Shown: positions 35,001 through 41,841, counted from the first letter of the stretch. The stretch: 52,146 nucleotides of DNA from Candidatus Wolfebacteria bacterium RIFCSPLOWO2_01_FULL_45_19 (GCA_001793855.1 MGIR01000005.1:1-52146); one strand, 5' to 3'. Translations and numbers: made by a program. The notes: generated from the sequence alone by a model not told the origin.

Positions 35001-35741
35001 TTTATATTTACCTAACCCTATGGTTCCCTTGCTATAAAAATTATTATTTGAGTAATTTGCAACATCATTAAAATAATTCTTAAGTTCTGAAAGAATAATT
35101 GGCTGTCTATTCTGCAAATTTTTTAATAAATCGGCATTGTAAACTTCCGGTTGCTTTGCGTAATTTTCATAAGGGCTGTAATCCTCTCCCCATCCCGGAT
35201 GCGCGTCATTGCGGGTATGGTCCGGCACCGAAGCGTCTTCATTAAGATGCAGAATATGGCCCAAAAGAAACATCGCTTTTTCTTCGTCGCCGTTCACATA
35301 AAAATAAATAGCCCGCCTCCATGTGAAATCAGTTTCGGTCGTAAGCGCGCCCAAACTTTTCTGCTGTACAGCGTTAAGAATTGATGCGAAGGCCGTTGTT
35401 ATTTTATATTTCGGCTCATTTTGTTTATCGGCGTCAACTGCCCATTCCTTTGACCGGTAGCCGTTGCCGTATATTGATTCCAGTCCGCGGTCATAAACCG
35501 GGTCGTAAAAATGGTTCATCCAGCGCGGCAAGTCGTCTTCGCGTCGCGCGCCATCCACCAGATAATTTTTCAATTCTTCCGGAATTATTTGGTTGGGAAA
35601 ATTTTGATTGTAGAAATCAAAAATGTTCTCCGTCAAAGCCGCGTGCGTATCCACGCCATAAGCAAAAATATTCTGCGGTATTAAAAAAACTCCAACCAAA
35701 ACAGCCGGAGCTAAAAATTTTACAAACTTTCTATTTTCCAT
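32070..35741 (-). CDS. 1223-aa secreted multidomain protein: Zn-dependent phospholipase C / P1-nuclease-like domain, ComEA-type helix-hairpin-helix DNA-binding domain, lamin-tail domain, then Fn3/Ig-like repeats
   Basis: The signal peptide is KFLAPAVLVGVFLIPQNIFA. Domain evidence:
- Phospholipase C / P1-nuclease-like motifs are YGVDTHAAL, RREDD, NHFYDP and GHILHLNEDASVPDHTRND (nt about 35187-35663).
- The ComEA-type domain is ININTASLEELQKITGIKQAKAQLIIDYR...VSGIGDATFEKM (nt about 34260-34448).
- The lamin-tail domain is ILISEVQITG...NDFIELHNPNSSAVNLKGYRL (nt about 33648-34127). Confidence 0.75.
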   Translation of the reverse strand: MENRKFVKFLAPAVLVGVFLIPQNIFAYGVDTHAALTENIFDFYNQNFPNQIIPEELKNYLVDGARREDDLPRWMNHFYDPVYDRGLESIYGNGYRSKEWAVDADKQNEPKYKITTAFASILNAVQQKSLGALTTETDFTWRRAIYFYVNGDEEKAMFLLGHILHLNEDASVPDHTRNDAHPGWGEDYSPYENYAKQPEVYNADLLKNLQNRQPIILSELKNYFNDVANYSNNNFYSKGTIGLGKYKSPDPEYFVLDGKYEFAIRIDKNFGEYKLALQEPSAFSHIVSSKILIEGTKEGGDEVLKDYWRLLSAKSIQHGAGVINLFFEEVEKAKNDPSFAEQKRKSFLARVIDAVKNLFSGEENGVTIKEITISEEELAAKVERTIEETKTETTANVEATAEKVAQQIVKEITNDVIEEATVAETAVEVVFPININTASLEELQKITGIKQAKAQLIIDYRNANGLFYYIEDIKKVSGIGDATFEKMKDQITVGNVTPPSGGGSGSQTNLSQPTNNDSNQQQDNEQNQNEATSTQQQAMKILISEVQITGGPGKTTNDFIELHNPNSSAVNLKGYRLVKRTQSGSSDTGIKSWTDDALISAGGYYLWANSGYVDISVSPDVTTSGSMASDNGIALRFGPADTGEIIDSVGWGNALNVFVENIPAQEPGAMQSIQRKWDGGLFADIDNNSADFELRDCPSPKAQEATCVPETEASYNPETMTINLAWDASGGEGASYYAVYTFNSPSVLVATTTEISYVYPVYEIGRDYNFEIRAVDEEGTEKIAGSAQINVPSFLDAIYFFPDTRTESDTDYLIELRFSDYPFVPDIFGELRDKWKLAIFSLNRDAYNIGSINNPQGWFPPEGDNKILNVSYPRCGSGSSSAGPILILPDSGSGCGDGGGVTNSALSSWQLQIPVIRLNVNLPEGESLSPADYLTASFYDFSDSGPSNRQAFSLVAVDNTKIFFQEELPPQAKPTKPEITELLFGDLTANLSFNWNKSTDSDTFDWLIRYQSNYSASSEFLDDAWTEVGGKIVEQGNDYLIGLRAIDDFGNVSDTATSTWSFPSDFIQYSVSSQLDNASQDFVPQKSGNLSSIQVSIADFQTNSRNRNSNICYLGLYELVDGSAPKLIANNDLTNPADGESEVYAYRGSGCADSLTFSYDNALNPLLEAGKTYRWTFSIKSSGKVRFFGTDTNSAGGLFSDSSLINAKFMVRDTANEIILESP

Positions 35742-36268
35742 ACGCCTGAACGAGTGTTAAATCGCAATCCAATCGTTCCAATAACCTTACCGTTATCACC
35801 TAAAAGATCAAAGCCTGCAAGATTTTCATTCCATAGTGCCACTCCAGTAAATTGATTATTTTCTAACAAAGCAATGGTGCGATCAATGCCATATTCCTCG
35901 ACAATTTTTTCTAAATTCTCCTCCCATTTCCTCCGCGTCAAATAATCAGGGTCTTCAGTATTTGTCTCAATATGAAAATATTTCGCGGCGAGTTCTATAT
36001 CATCGGCGCGAAGGGCTTCAACGAACAAATCCAGCGTCTCCTGCGGCGTTTTGCCGCCCCAAGTATCCGCTTTCATCGCCTCTTCAAAATCCGTAACCAG
36101 CCCCTTGTAAAGACGCTCATAGTTTTCATTCGCCGCCCGCCTTTGTTTGGCTTCGGGGCTCAAATAACTGTTATATGTCCAATATCCGCCCCCCGCGAGC
36201 AAAATAATCGCCAAAAACGCGCCTGTGAATTTATATATTGGACTTAATTGAAATGGTTTTTGGTCCAT
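35720..36268 (-). CDS. Membrane-anchored hypothetical protein (182 aa)
   Basis: It has the N-terminal TM FTGAFLAIILLAGGGYW and overlaps the start of the giant gene by 22 nt. Confidence 0.6.
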   Translation of the reverse strand: MDQKPFQLSPIYKFTGAFLAIILLAGGGYWTYNSYLSPEAKQRRAANENYERLYKGLVTDFEEAMKADTWGGKTPQETLDLFVEALRADDIELAAKYFHIETNTEDPDYLTRRKWEENLEKIVEEYGIDRTIALLENNQFTGVALWNENLAGFDLLGDNGKVIGTIGLRFNTRSGVWKIESL

Positions 36269-36324
36269 ATTGCTAAAAAATTGCTAAAAAGACGAAAAAT
36301 ATGAGCAAATTAACGATAATAACC

Positions 36325-36333
36325 TGTGGATAA
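36325..36333 (-). promoter_or_regulatory. Perfect DnaA box TTATCCACA (minus strand), within the 16-bp direct repeat aacctgtggataactc
   Basis: The plus strand reads tgtggataa at 36325-36333. The 16-mer spans 36321-36336. Confidence 0.6.
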
Positions 36334-36401
36334 CTCGTTCAATAATTCCCCTAACACTACCCGACCGCTCGTAACTTCGTCAATCCCAAATAATGCCAAC
36401 C

Positions 36402-36410
36402 TGTGGATAA
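36402..36410 (-). promoter_or_regulatory. Second perfect DnaA box TTATCCACA, second copy of the 16-bp repeat
   Basis: The plus strand reads tgtggataa at 36402-36410. The 16-mer spans 36398-36413 and directly abuts palindromic repeat copy B. Confidence 0.6.
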
Positions 36411-36413
36411 CTC

Positions 36414-36448
36414 ACTTACATATTCTGCGATCGTTCAGTTATGTAAGT
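36414..36448. repeat. 35-bp palindromic repeat, copy B
   Basis: The sequence is acttacatattctgcgatcgttcagttatgtaagt. The 9-bp arms acttacata / tatgtaagt flank a 17-nt centre containing cgatcg. Confidence 0.9.
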
Positions 36449-36476
36449 AGACAATTTAAACAAATAATTAATTAAA

Positions 36477-36500
36477 CAACTAGCGACTCAACTAGCGACT
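36477..36500. repeat. Tandem 12-mer caactagcgact x2
   Basis: Direct reading. A degenerate third unit (gcaacgacta) follows at about 36510. Confidence 0.85.
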
Positions 36501-36534
36501 GAACAATGTAGCAACGACTATCGTACGGCTGAAA

Positions 36535-37128
36535 TCAGGACTGCTGAAAATCGAAGTTAATTGTTCCTTTTTTTTCTACGGCAAAAATATGCACGCACGG
36601 CAAAATTTTCATCGAGCGAAGATGCGTAAAAAGTTCCTCCGGCAATTTATTATCCCCTACCCATACGCTTTTTTGCAGCATTGAAAATTCCAGATTGTGA
36701 AGAGTTTGCCGCAACCAATTTCTTTTCCTTTTTTCTTTTTCTGGAATGTCAAACACAACTACTTTGAAATAATCTTTCTCAAGGTCACCGATGGGGCGTA
36801 GCGGTCTTAGGCCAATTAATTTTCGCAGTTTTTCTTTTCCTTTCGCGGTATTGCGCCAAACTATCCCAAATTTGCCATGCTCCTTTTTCTCAATTAATCC
36901 CTGACGATGAAGATGCGCTAACATTCTGTAAAATCTCTGTTCCAGCAAACGCTTTTCTTCATAAACTTTTATTTTCCGCTCCATCGCCAATCGTGATTTT
37001 GATTTCCAGCCTGGCCTATGAATTGCGTTCCACATGCCGCGATAGGTAAGACAATAACTGCCAAAAATCGCTTCTGTAGTGGCAATATCTATTTCTTCAA
37101 TTATTTTTAACAATAGTCTAGTCAACAT
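36535..37128 (-). CDS. Winged-helix plus Cas2/VapD-fold (PaaX-C-like) protein, putative transcription regulator
   Basis: I place the start at ATG 37128, because the listed TTG start at 37164 lies inside repeat copy C. The wHTH-like segment is RFYRMLAHLHRQGLIEKKEHGKF. The C-terminal KVVVFDIPEKEKRKRNWLRQTLHNLEFSMLQKSVWVG resembles the Cas2 beta-alpha-beta core. Confidence 0.55.
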   Translation of the reverse strand: MLTRLLLKIIEEIDIATTEAIFGSYCLTYRGMWNAIHRPGWKSKSRLAMERKIKVYEEKRLLEQRFYRMLAHLHRQGLIEKKEHGKFGIVWRNTAKGKEKLRKLIGLRPLRPIGDLEKDYFKVVVFDIPEKEKRKRNWLRQTLHNLEFSMLQKSVWVGDNKLPEELFTHLRSMKILPCVHIFAVEKKGTINFDFQQS

Positions 37129-37140
37129 TAAAAGTAGCTT

Positions 37141-37175
37141 ACTTACATATTCTGCGATCGTCAAGTTATGTAAGT
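37141..37175. repeat. 35-bp palindromic repeat, copy C
   Basis: The sequence is acttacatattctgcgatcgtcaagttatgtaagt. It has 2 mismatches to copy B and the same orientation. Confidence 0.9.
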
Positions 37176-37205
37176 AATTTAATGTTCGTGCTTTAACCGT
37201 ATATT

Positions 37206-37697
37206 TTAGCGATGCTGGATAGCGATGCTGTGATATTGGGAGATTATATCGCGGAGACGATGCGGATCGGGGAAGTGCCGCATCACGAATTTTCTGTTGG
37301 CGCCGGCGCTTTGTATGGTAAGATTTCCGAAATTAAACATCGTCGCCAGTATTCCAAAAACCTCCACGCGCTGGTCTTGAATATTTCTTATCGCGATTTC
37401 GCTCAAATGGCGAGAAAAAAGCCCGGCCTGTTCAATATAAATAACGCGTTTGTCGGTTATCAAAATAGCGTCAAGATAATAATTGGTCCACATCACAAAA
37501 GCGATAATCCACAGCAAAAGAAGCCAAAGAGAGTAAGAAAAAACGAACAAAGCGCCGTAGCCGGTTATGTCCGCCCAAATTAAAAGAAAAAGAGGGGCAA
37601 AAGCGATAATAACAAGCGGAAAAATTTCCACCGCTAAAATAAACCAATGTTTGCGGGTTGTTAAAATAAGTTTTTCGTCCGGATGCAAGGTAATCAT
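37206..37697 (-). CDS. Bacterial PH-domain (bPH_2, YdbS/YdbT-like) membrane protein
   Basis: The start ATG 37697 has an ATGA overlap with the upstream gene. Two TM segments are followed by ITDKRVIYIEQAGLFSRHLSEIAIRNIQD...FGNLTIQSAG. Confidence 0.65.
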   Translation of the reverse strand: MITLHPDEKLILTTRKHWFILAVEIFPLVIIAFAPLFLLIWADITGYGALFVFSYSLWLLLLWIIAFVMWTNYYLDAILITDKRVIYIEQAGLFSRHLSEIAIRNIQDQRVEVFGILATMFNFGNLTIQSAGANRKFVMRHFPDPHRLRDIISQYHSIAIQHR

Positions 37698-37930
37698 TGT
37701 ATGCCAGAAAGAGAAGACGCCGCGACAACAAGCAGTGAAATAGAAACAAGCAAATAAATCACCTGCGCCTTCCAAACGCTAAAGCGGTTCAAGCCGTAAG
37801 TTTTCCAATGATAGCTAAAAACCATGCTGATGACCGCGTAAAAAACCGCCATCATCAAAAAAATGGCGAATGCCGCCGGTTTTATAAACTGAACAAGAAG
37901 CGAATTAATTTGGCTTAAATCTTCAATCAT
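37694..37930 (-). CDS. Small two-TM membrane protein (78 aa)
   Basis: It has two hydrophobic segments and is coupled to the downstream PH-domain gene. Confidence 0.5.
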   Translation of the reverse strand: MIEDLSQINSLLVQFIKPAAFAIFLMMAVFYAVISMVFSYHWKTYGLNRFSVWKAQVIYLLVSISLLVVAASSLSGIQ

Positions 37931-37934
37931 AATC

Positions 37935-38885
37935 TTACTTTTTTCTCTTGAGCAAATAGCCGTAAGCGGCCAAGGCGGCTTTTACCGCGTCTCCCGCAGA
38001 AATATTATTTTGTTTGTACGGATCATCGGTTATGTCACCTGCGGCAAAAATTCCAGAAACGGAAGCGGCGGCGTGCTTGGAATCAATTTTAACCTGTCCC
38101 CATTGATCCAGCTCAACAAAACCTTTGACCATTTCGGAATTTGGGACGGAGCCAACCTCAACAAAAACGCCTTCAACTTTCAATATATTCTCCTCGCCGC
38201 TTTTGACGTTTTGGTACTTTATGCCGTCAACCATTTTGTCTCCAAAAATTTCGTAGGGCTTGGCATTGAATATTACTTGTTTGAGTTTCGGGTTGTTTCT
38301 GATTTCTTCTTGAATAACGGGGTCCCCTTTCAAGGTTTCTCCGCGCGTTATAAGATAAATTTCCGAGGCGTAAGGAAATAAATCCTGCACTGCTTCAAGT
38401 CCGGCGTTGCCGCCGCCGATTACTGCCACTTTCTTGTCCGCGAAAATCGGGGCGTCGCAAGTTGAACAAAAAGAAACGCCCCTGCCATCAAATTTGTCTT
38501 CGCCCGGCACGCCGAGGCGGCGGCGACGCGCGCCTGCCGCAAGAATCAAGGTCTTGCTCTGATATTTGCCGCCTTTGTCGGTTTCAACTTCAAAATCATA
38601 TTCGCGGTCGCCATCCGCGCATTTTATTTTTGAAACCCTAATCACAAGTTCCGGCATTTTAATGGCAACGTCGTCTGGAAAGGCACGGACATGCTCCTCA
38701 AATTTTTTCGCCAAATCAAAACCGGTGATACTTTTTTCCCCTATCCAGTTCTGAATGCCATCGGAAACAATGGACTGGCCGCCGAACGATTCGGTTATTA
38801 AAAGCGTTTTAAGTTTTTTTCTTGCGGCGTATACAGCGGCTGCAACACCGGCTGGACCGCCGCCAACTATAATCACATCGTACAT
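37935..38885 (-). CDS. trxB: Thioredoxin-disulfide reductase
   Basis: 316 aa with the FAD site VIIVGGGPAG, the redox-active CSTC, the NADPH site VIGGGNAG and GIFAAGD. Confidence 0.9.
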   Translation of the reverse strand: MYDVIIVGGGPAGVAAAVYAARKKLKTLLITESFGGQSIVSDGIQNWIGEKSITGFDLAKKFEEHVRAFPDDVAIKMPELVIRVSKIKCADGDREYDFEVETDKGGKYQSKTLILAAGARRRRLGVPGEDKFDGRGVSFCSTCDAPIFADKKVAVIGGGNAGLEAVQDLFPYASEIYLITRGETLKGDPVIQEEIRNNPKLKQVIFNAKPYEIFGDKMVDGIKYQNVKSGEENILKVEGVFVEVGSVPNSEMVKGFVELDQWGQVKIDSKHAAASVSGIFAAGDITDDPYKQNNISAGDAVKAALAAYGYLLKRKK

Positions 38886-38889
38886 AGGG

Positions 38890-39141
38890 CTATGCCTCTC
38901 TAATCTTCAACGCTTCTTCGTAAGCAACGCGGTCGAAGCCGACGTAAATTTCATCATTAACCGCGAGCACCGGCACCCCGAACTGATGCGACGCACTCGC
39001 CATTTCCGCGCGCGCCAAATGGTTGTCAGAAACATTGAGTTCTTCGTATTGAACGCCGTGCCGCGCCAAAAGATTCCGCGCTAAATCGCAATAGCGACAA
39101 TTTTCCACAGTATAAAGTTTTACTCTCCGAAAATTTGCCAT
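38890..39141 (-). CDS. Glutaredoxin-like protein (NrdH type)
   Basis: 83 aa with a CRYC motif and GVPVLAVNDEIYVGF. Confidence 0.8.
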   Translation of the reverse strand: MANFRRVKLYTVENCRYCDLARNLLARHGVQYEELNVSDNHLARAEMASASHQFGVPVLAVNDEIYVGFDRVAYEEALKIREA

Positions 39142-39281
39142 AGGACTATTGTCACGAGCAGAACGCCGACGATTGTATCGCTTATCAAAGCCAGATTAAT
39201 CGCGTAGAAACCAAGAATCCACGGAGAAATAACAAGCCAGATTCCTAAAATCAATACGGACCAATTTAACGTCCTTTCCAT
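39120..39281 (-). CDS. SPW-repeat small membrane protein
   Basis: WSVLILGIWLVISPWILGF contains the SPW motif. I chose ATG 39281 as the start because the longer ORF to 39317 runs into the terminator hairpin. Confidence 0.55.
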   Translation of the reverse strand: MERTLNWSVLILGIWLVISPWILGFYAINLALISDTIVGVLLVTIVLWQIFGE

Positions 39282-39303
39282 TGTCCTAAATATATAAAAA
39301 TTT

Positions 39304-39344
39304 AAACACAAAAACAATACCGCCCCTCATAGAGGAGCGGTATT
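39304..39344 (-). terminator. Rho-independent terminator after the zinc-ribbon gene
   Basis: On the minus strand, AATACCGC-TCCTC-TAT-GAGGG-GCGGTATT is followed by GTTTTTGTGTTT. Confidence 0.7.
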
Positions 39345-39351
39345 GAATTCG

Positions 39352-39549
39352 TTAGTGGCGCCTAAACGATTGGCGACGTTCACGATGACAGTCGCGGCAC
39401 AGAAGCTGATCAAGACGGTTCTGGTCTGGTTCAAACGGCAGCTCGGTTATAGCCGCACCGCATTTTGAACACTTCCAGTCGCCCTGAAACATCTGTCTCT
39501 GAGGGAAACCTCCCCCTCCATTGCCACGATCATTTCTCTGAAAATCCAT
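39352..39549 (-). CDS. Small basic zinc-ribbon protein (CxxC-N20-CxxC)
   Basis: 65 aa with a Gly/Arg-rich N-terminus and WKCSKCGAAITELPFEPDQNRLDQLLCRDCHRERR. Confidence 0.6.
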   Translation of the reverse strand: MDFQRNDRGNGGGGFPQRQMFQGDWKCSKCGAAITELPFEPDQNRLDQLLCRDCHRERRQSFRRH

Positions 39550-39649
39550 TTGCTCTTATACTAATTGTTTTTCGCCCTTTATGTTATCGGCGAGGCAAAT
39601 GGATAAGTTTTAGCTAATCGCACTTTCCTCGTTTAAACTGCTGATAATG

Positions 39650-40360
39650 TTACCTTGCCTCCAGCGCTTTGTCAATAGCGTCCTTAAATACCGAATACGG
39701 CTGTGCGCCAAGAATCATTACATCGTTAACATATACTGTCGGGGTTGAATTTGCGCCGATCGCCCGCGCCTCTTGAATGTCGCCTTCTACTTCAACTTTA
39801 TATTTACGAGAATCAACACAAGTTTCAAACGCAGATAAATCTAATTCTAAACTGGAAGCAATATCCATAAAAAGCGCCTTATTGAGATTACCGTTATGTT
39901 CCCGTCCATCACGAATCTCCTCTTCAAATAAAGCATCGTGATAAATCCAATATTTGCCATGGTCCCTGGCGCATTCCGCGGCTTCAGCGGCGGCTACGGA
40001 CTCCGGGCCCAAAAATGCGAGGTCCTTGTATACCATCTTTATTTTGCCGGTTTCTATGTAATCCTTTCTTAACAAGGGTTCGGTTTGGGAAAAAAATCTG
40101 CCGCAAAACGGACATTGATAATCCCCGAACTCCACAAGCGTAACCGGCGCATCGGGATCGCCAAGAATAACGTCGTCGCCAATTTCCGGCGCTGTTCCAA
40201 CAGGAAGGACTCCTTCTCCCGGCGAGAGCGCAGCAGTTTCATTATCATTCCCGCTCAATCCCGCGGAATAAACAACCGCGCCGGCTATAATCACACCGGC
40301 GATCAAAACACTTATCGGCAAAAAATAATCTCCCTGCTTTTTTTCCATTTCGCCGTCCAT
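39650..40360 (-). CDS. DsbA-family thiol:disulfide oxidoreductase, membrane anchored
   Basis: 236 aa with an N-terminal TM and a CPFC active site in FGDYQCPFCGRF. The start may instead be the ATG at 40348. Confidence 0.8.
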   Translation of the reverse strand: MDGEMEKKQGDYFLPISVLIAGVIIAGAVVYSAGLSGNDNETAALSPGEGVLPVGTAPEIGDDVILGDPDAPVTLVEFGDYQCPFCGRFFSQTEPLLRKDYIETGKIKMVYKDLAFLGPESVAAAEAAECARDHGKYWIYHDALFEEEIRDGREHNGNLNKALFMDIASSLELDLSAFETCVDSRKYKVEVEGDIQEARAIGANSTPTVYVNDVMILGAQPYSVFKDAIDKALEAR

Positions 40361-40388
40361 TGGTTACAATATAGCATATACCAATCCG

Positions 40389-41831
40389 ATGCTGTCAAGG
40401 ATTAAAAACTTTCTGTTAACCAATCAGTCCATAAGACAAACGGTTGCCAAAAACGCTTTTTGGAATACCGTCGGACAATTCGGCGGCAGACTTCTTCGCG
40501 CGGGCATAATTATCTACGCGGCGCGAGAACTCGGAGCCGAAAGCTGGGGCGCTTTTTCATACGCGCTTTCACTCGCGGCCTTGTTAACCATATTTTCCGA
40601 CCTCGGAATAACCGGGCTTTTAACCCGCGAAGGCAGTAAACATCCCGAACTGCGCGCCAAATATCTGGCGACTGCTTTTTTCACAAAACTCATGCTGATG
40701 GTAACGGGCGCCGCTGTTTTTTTAATTATTACGCGCAGTTTTATAGACAACATTGAAGTGCTTGCCCTCTTACCCGTGGTTGTCATCCTTACCGCGATTG
40801 ATGGCTTGCACGACTTGAGCAACGGAATGGCCCGCGCCGTTCAAAGAATGGAGCTTGAAGCGTGGGCGAATATAATGACGAATTTAGGCATTCTGATTTT
40901 CGGATTCACGGCGCTGTTTTTGTACGGCAACAGCTTTGCCCTGGCAATCGGCTACACGGTCGGAAGCAGTATCGGTCTTGCGGCAATAATTATCACTTTA
41001 CGAAAATATTTCGTCGGGCTTTTAAAAAATTTCTCATTTTCATTCATAAAACCGATGATTGCGAAGGCGTGGCCGTTCGGCCTGGCCGGTTTAATGGGAG
41101 CGATAATGATAAATACCGACATCGTTATGCTGAGTTTTTTCCGCTCCATTGAAGAAGTCGGTTTTTATTCCGCGGCGCAAAGAATAATTCTGCTTCTTTA
41201 CATATTGCCGGGCTTACTGGTCGTTCCGTTATTTCCGGTTTTGAGCAAATTATTGTCCGAGCCGGAACGATTCCGCGCGATTGTAAGCAAGGGCCTGCGG
41301 GTTCTTTTGATTATGGCCCTGCCGCTGACCGCCGGCGGAATAATTCTCGGCGGAGGAATAATTGAACTTATTTACGGCAAAGAATATTTACAGGCAACTC
41401 TAAGTTTTCAAATTATGGCCATAACCGCGCTGACTACTTTTCCGGCGATACTGATAGGAAACGCGATTTACGCCACAGACCGGATGCGCGTTCTCATAAC
41501 TTACGCCATAATCGGAATTTTCGGCAATGTTTTTCTAAACCTTTTGCTTATACCGCCGCTTGGAATGGTGGGCGTGGCGATAGCCACCGTCCTAGTCCAA
41601 TTTATCGGCAACACTTACGCTTTCATAAAAATGCGCGAGTTTATTGACGTAAGCAAAATAATAAAATTCATCCAGCCCATTTTTGCGGTTGCGGCGATGA
41701 TTGGCGTTATTCTTATCTTAAAATTTTTGCCCGTCATAATGCTTGTCGCTATCGGCGGCATAACTTATTTCGCGGTTTTATGGCTCGCAAAAGAACCGTC
41801 TCTGCTTGAAATAAAATCAATCTTCCGTTAA
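40389..41831 (+). CDS. Wzx-like oligosaccharide/polysaccharide flippase (MOP superfamily)
   Basis: 480 aa with about 14 TM segments. The layout is typical of polysaccharide-biosynthesis proteins, and the gene heads a sugar-modification cluster. Confidence 0.7.
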   Translation: MLSRIKNFLLTNQSIRQTVAKNAFWNTVGQFGGRLLRAGIIIYAARELGAESWGAFSYALSLAALLTIFSDLGITGLLTREGSKHPELRAKYLATAFFTKLMLMVTGAAVFLIITRSFIDNIEVLALLPVVVILTAIDGLHDLSNGMARAVQRMELEAWANIMTNLGILIFGFTALFLYGNSFALAIGYTVGSSIGLAAIIITLRKYFVGLLKNFSFSFIKPMIAKAWPFGLAGLMGAIMINTDIVMLSFFRSIEEVGFYSAAQRIILLLYILPGLLVVPLFPVLSKLLSEPERFRAIVSKGLRVLLIMALPLTAGGIILGGGIIELIYGKEYLQATLSFQIMAITALTTFPAILIGNAIYATDRMRVLITYAIIGIFGNVFLNLLLIPPLGMVGVAIATVLVQFIGNTYAFIKMREFIDVSKIIKFIQPIFAVAAMIGVILILKFLPVIMLVAIGGITYFAVLWLAKEPSLLEIKSIFR

Positions 41832-41841
41832 ACTTCACGTC

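Noticed and set aside
32070-35741. A diversity-generating retroelement target, or other real genes on the plus strand, were considered within the giant gene (for example the ORFs at 34131-34832 and 35381-35749).
   Set aside because: No reverse transcriptase or template/variable repeat pair is visible in the window. The plus-strand ORFs are low-complexity antisense shadows of a clearly coding minus-strand gene.
31519-37175. A CRISPR array was considered, because a 35-bp palindromic repeat occurs next to a Cas2-fold gene.
   Set aside because: Only three copies exist, spaced 4.9 kb and 0.7 kb apart. The intervals contain full genes, one copy is inverted, and no cas1 or leader is present.
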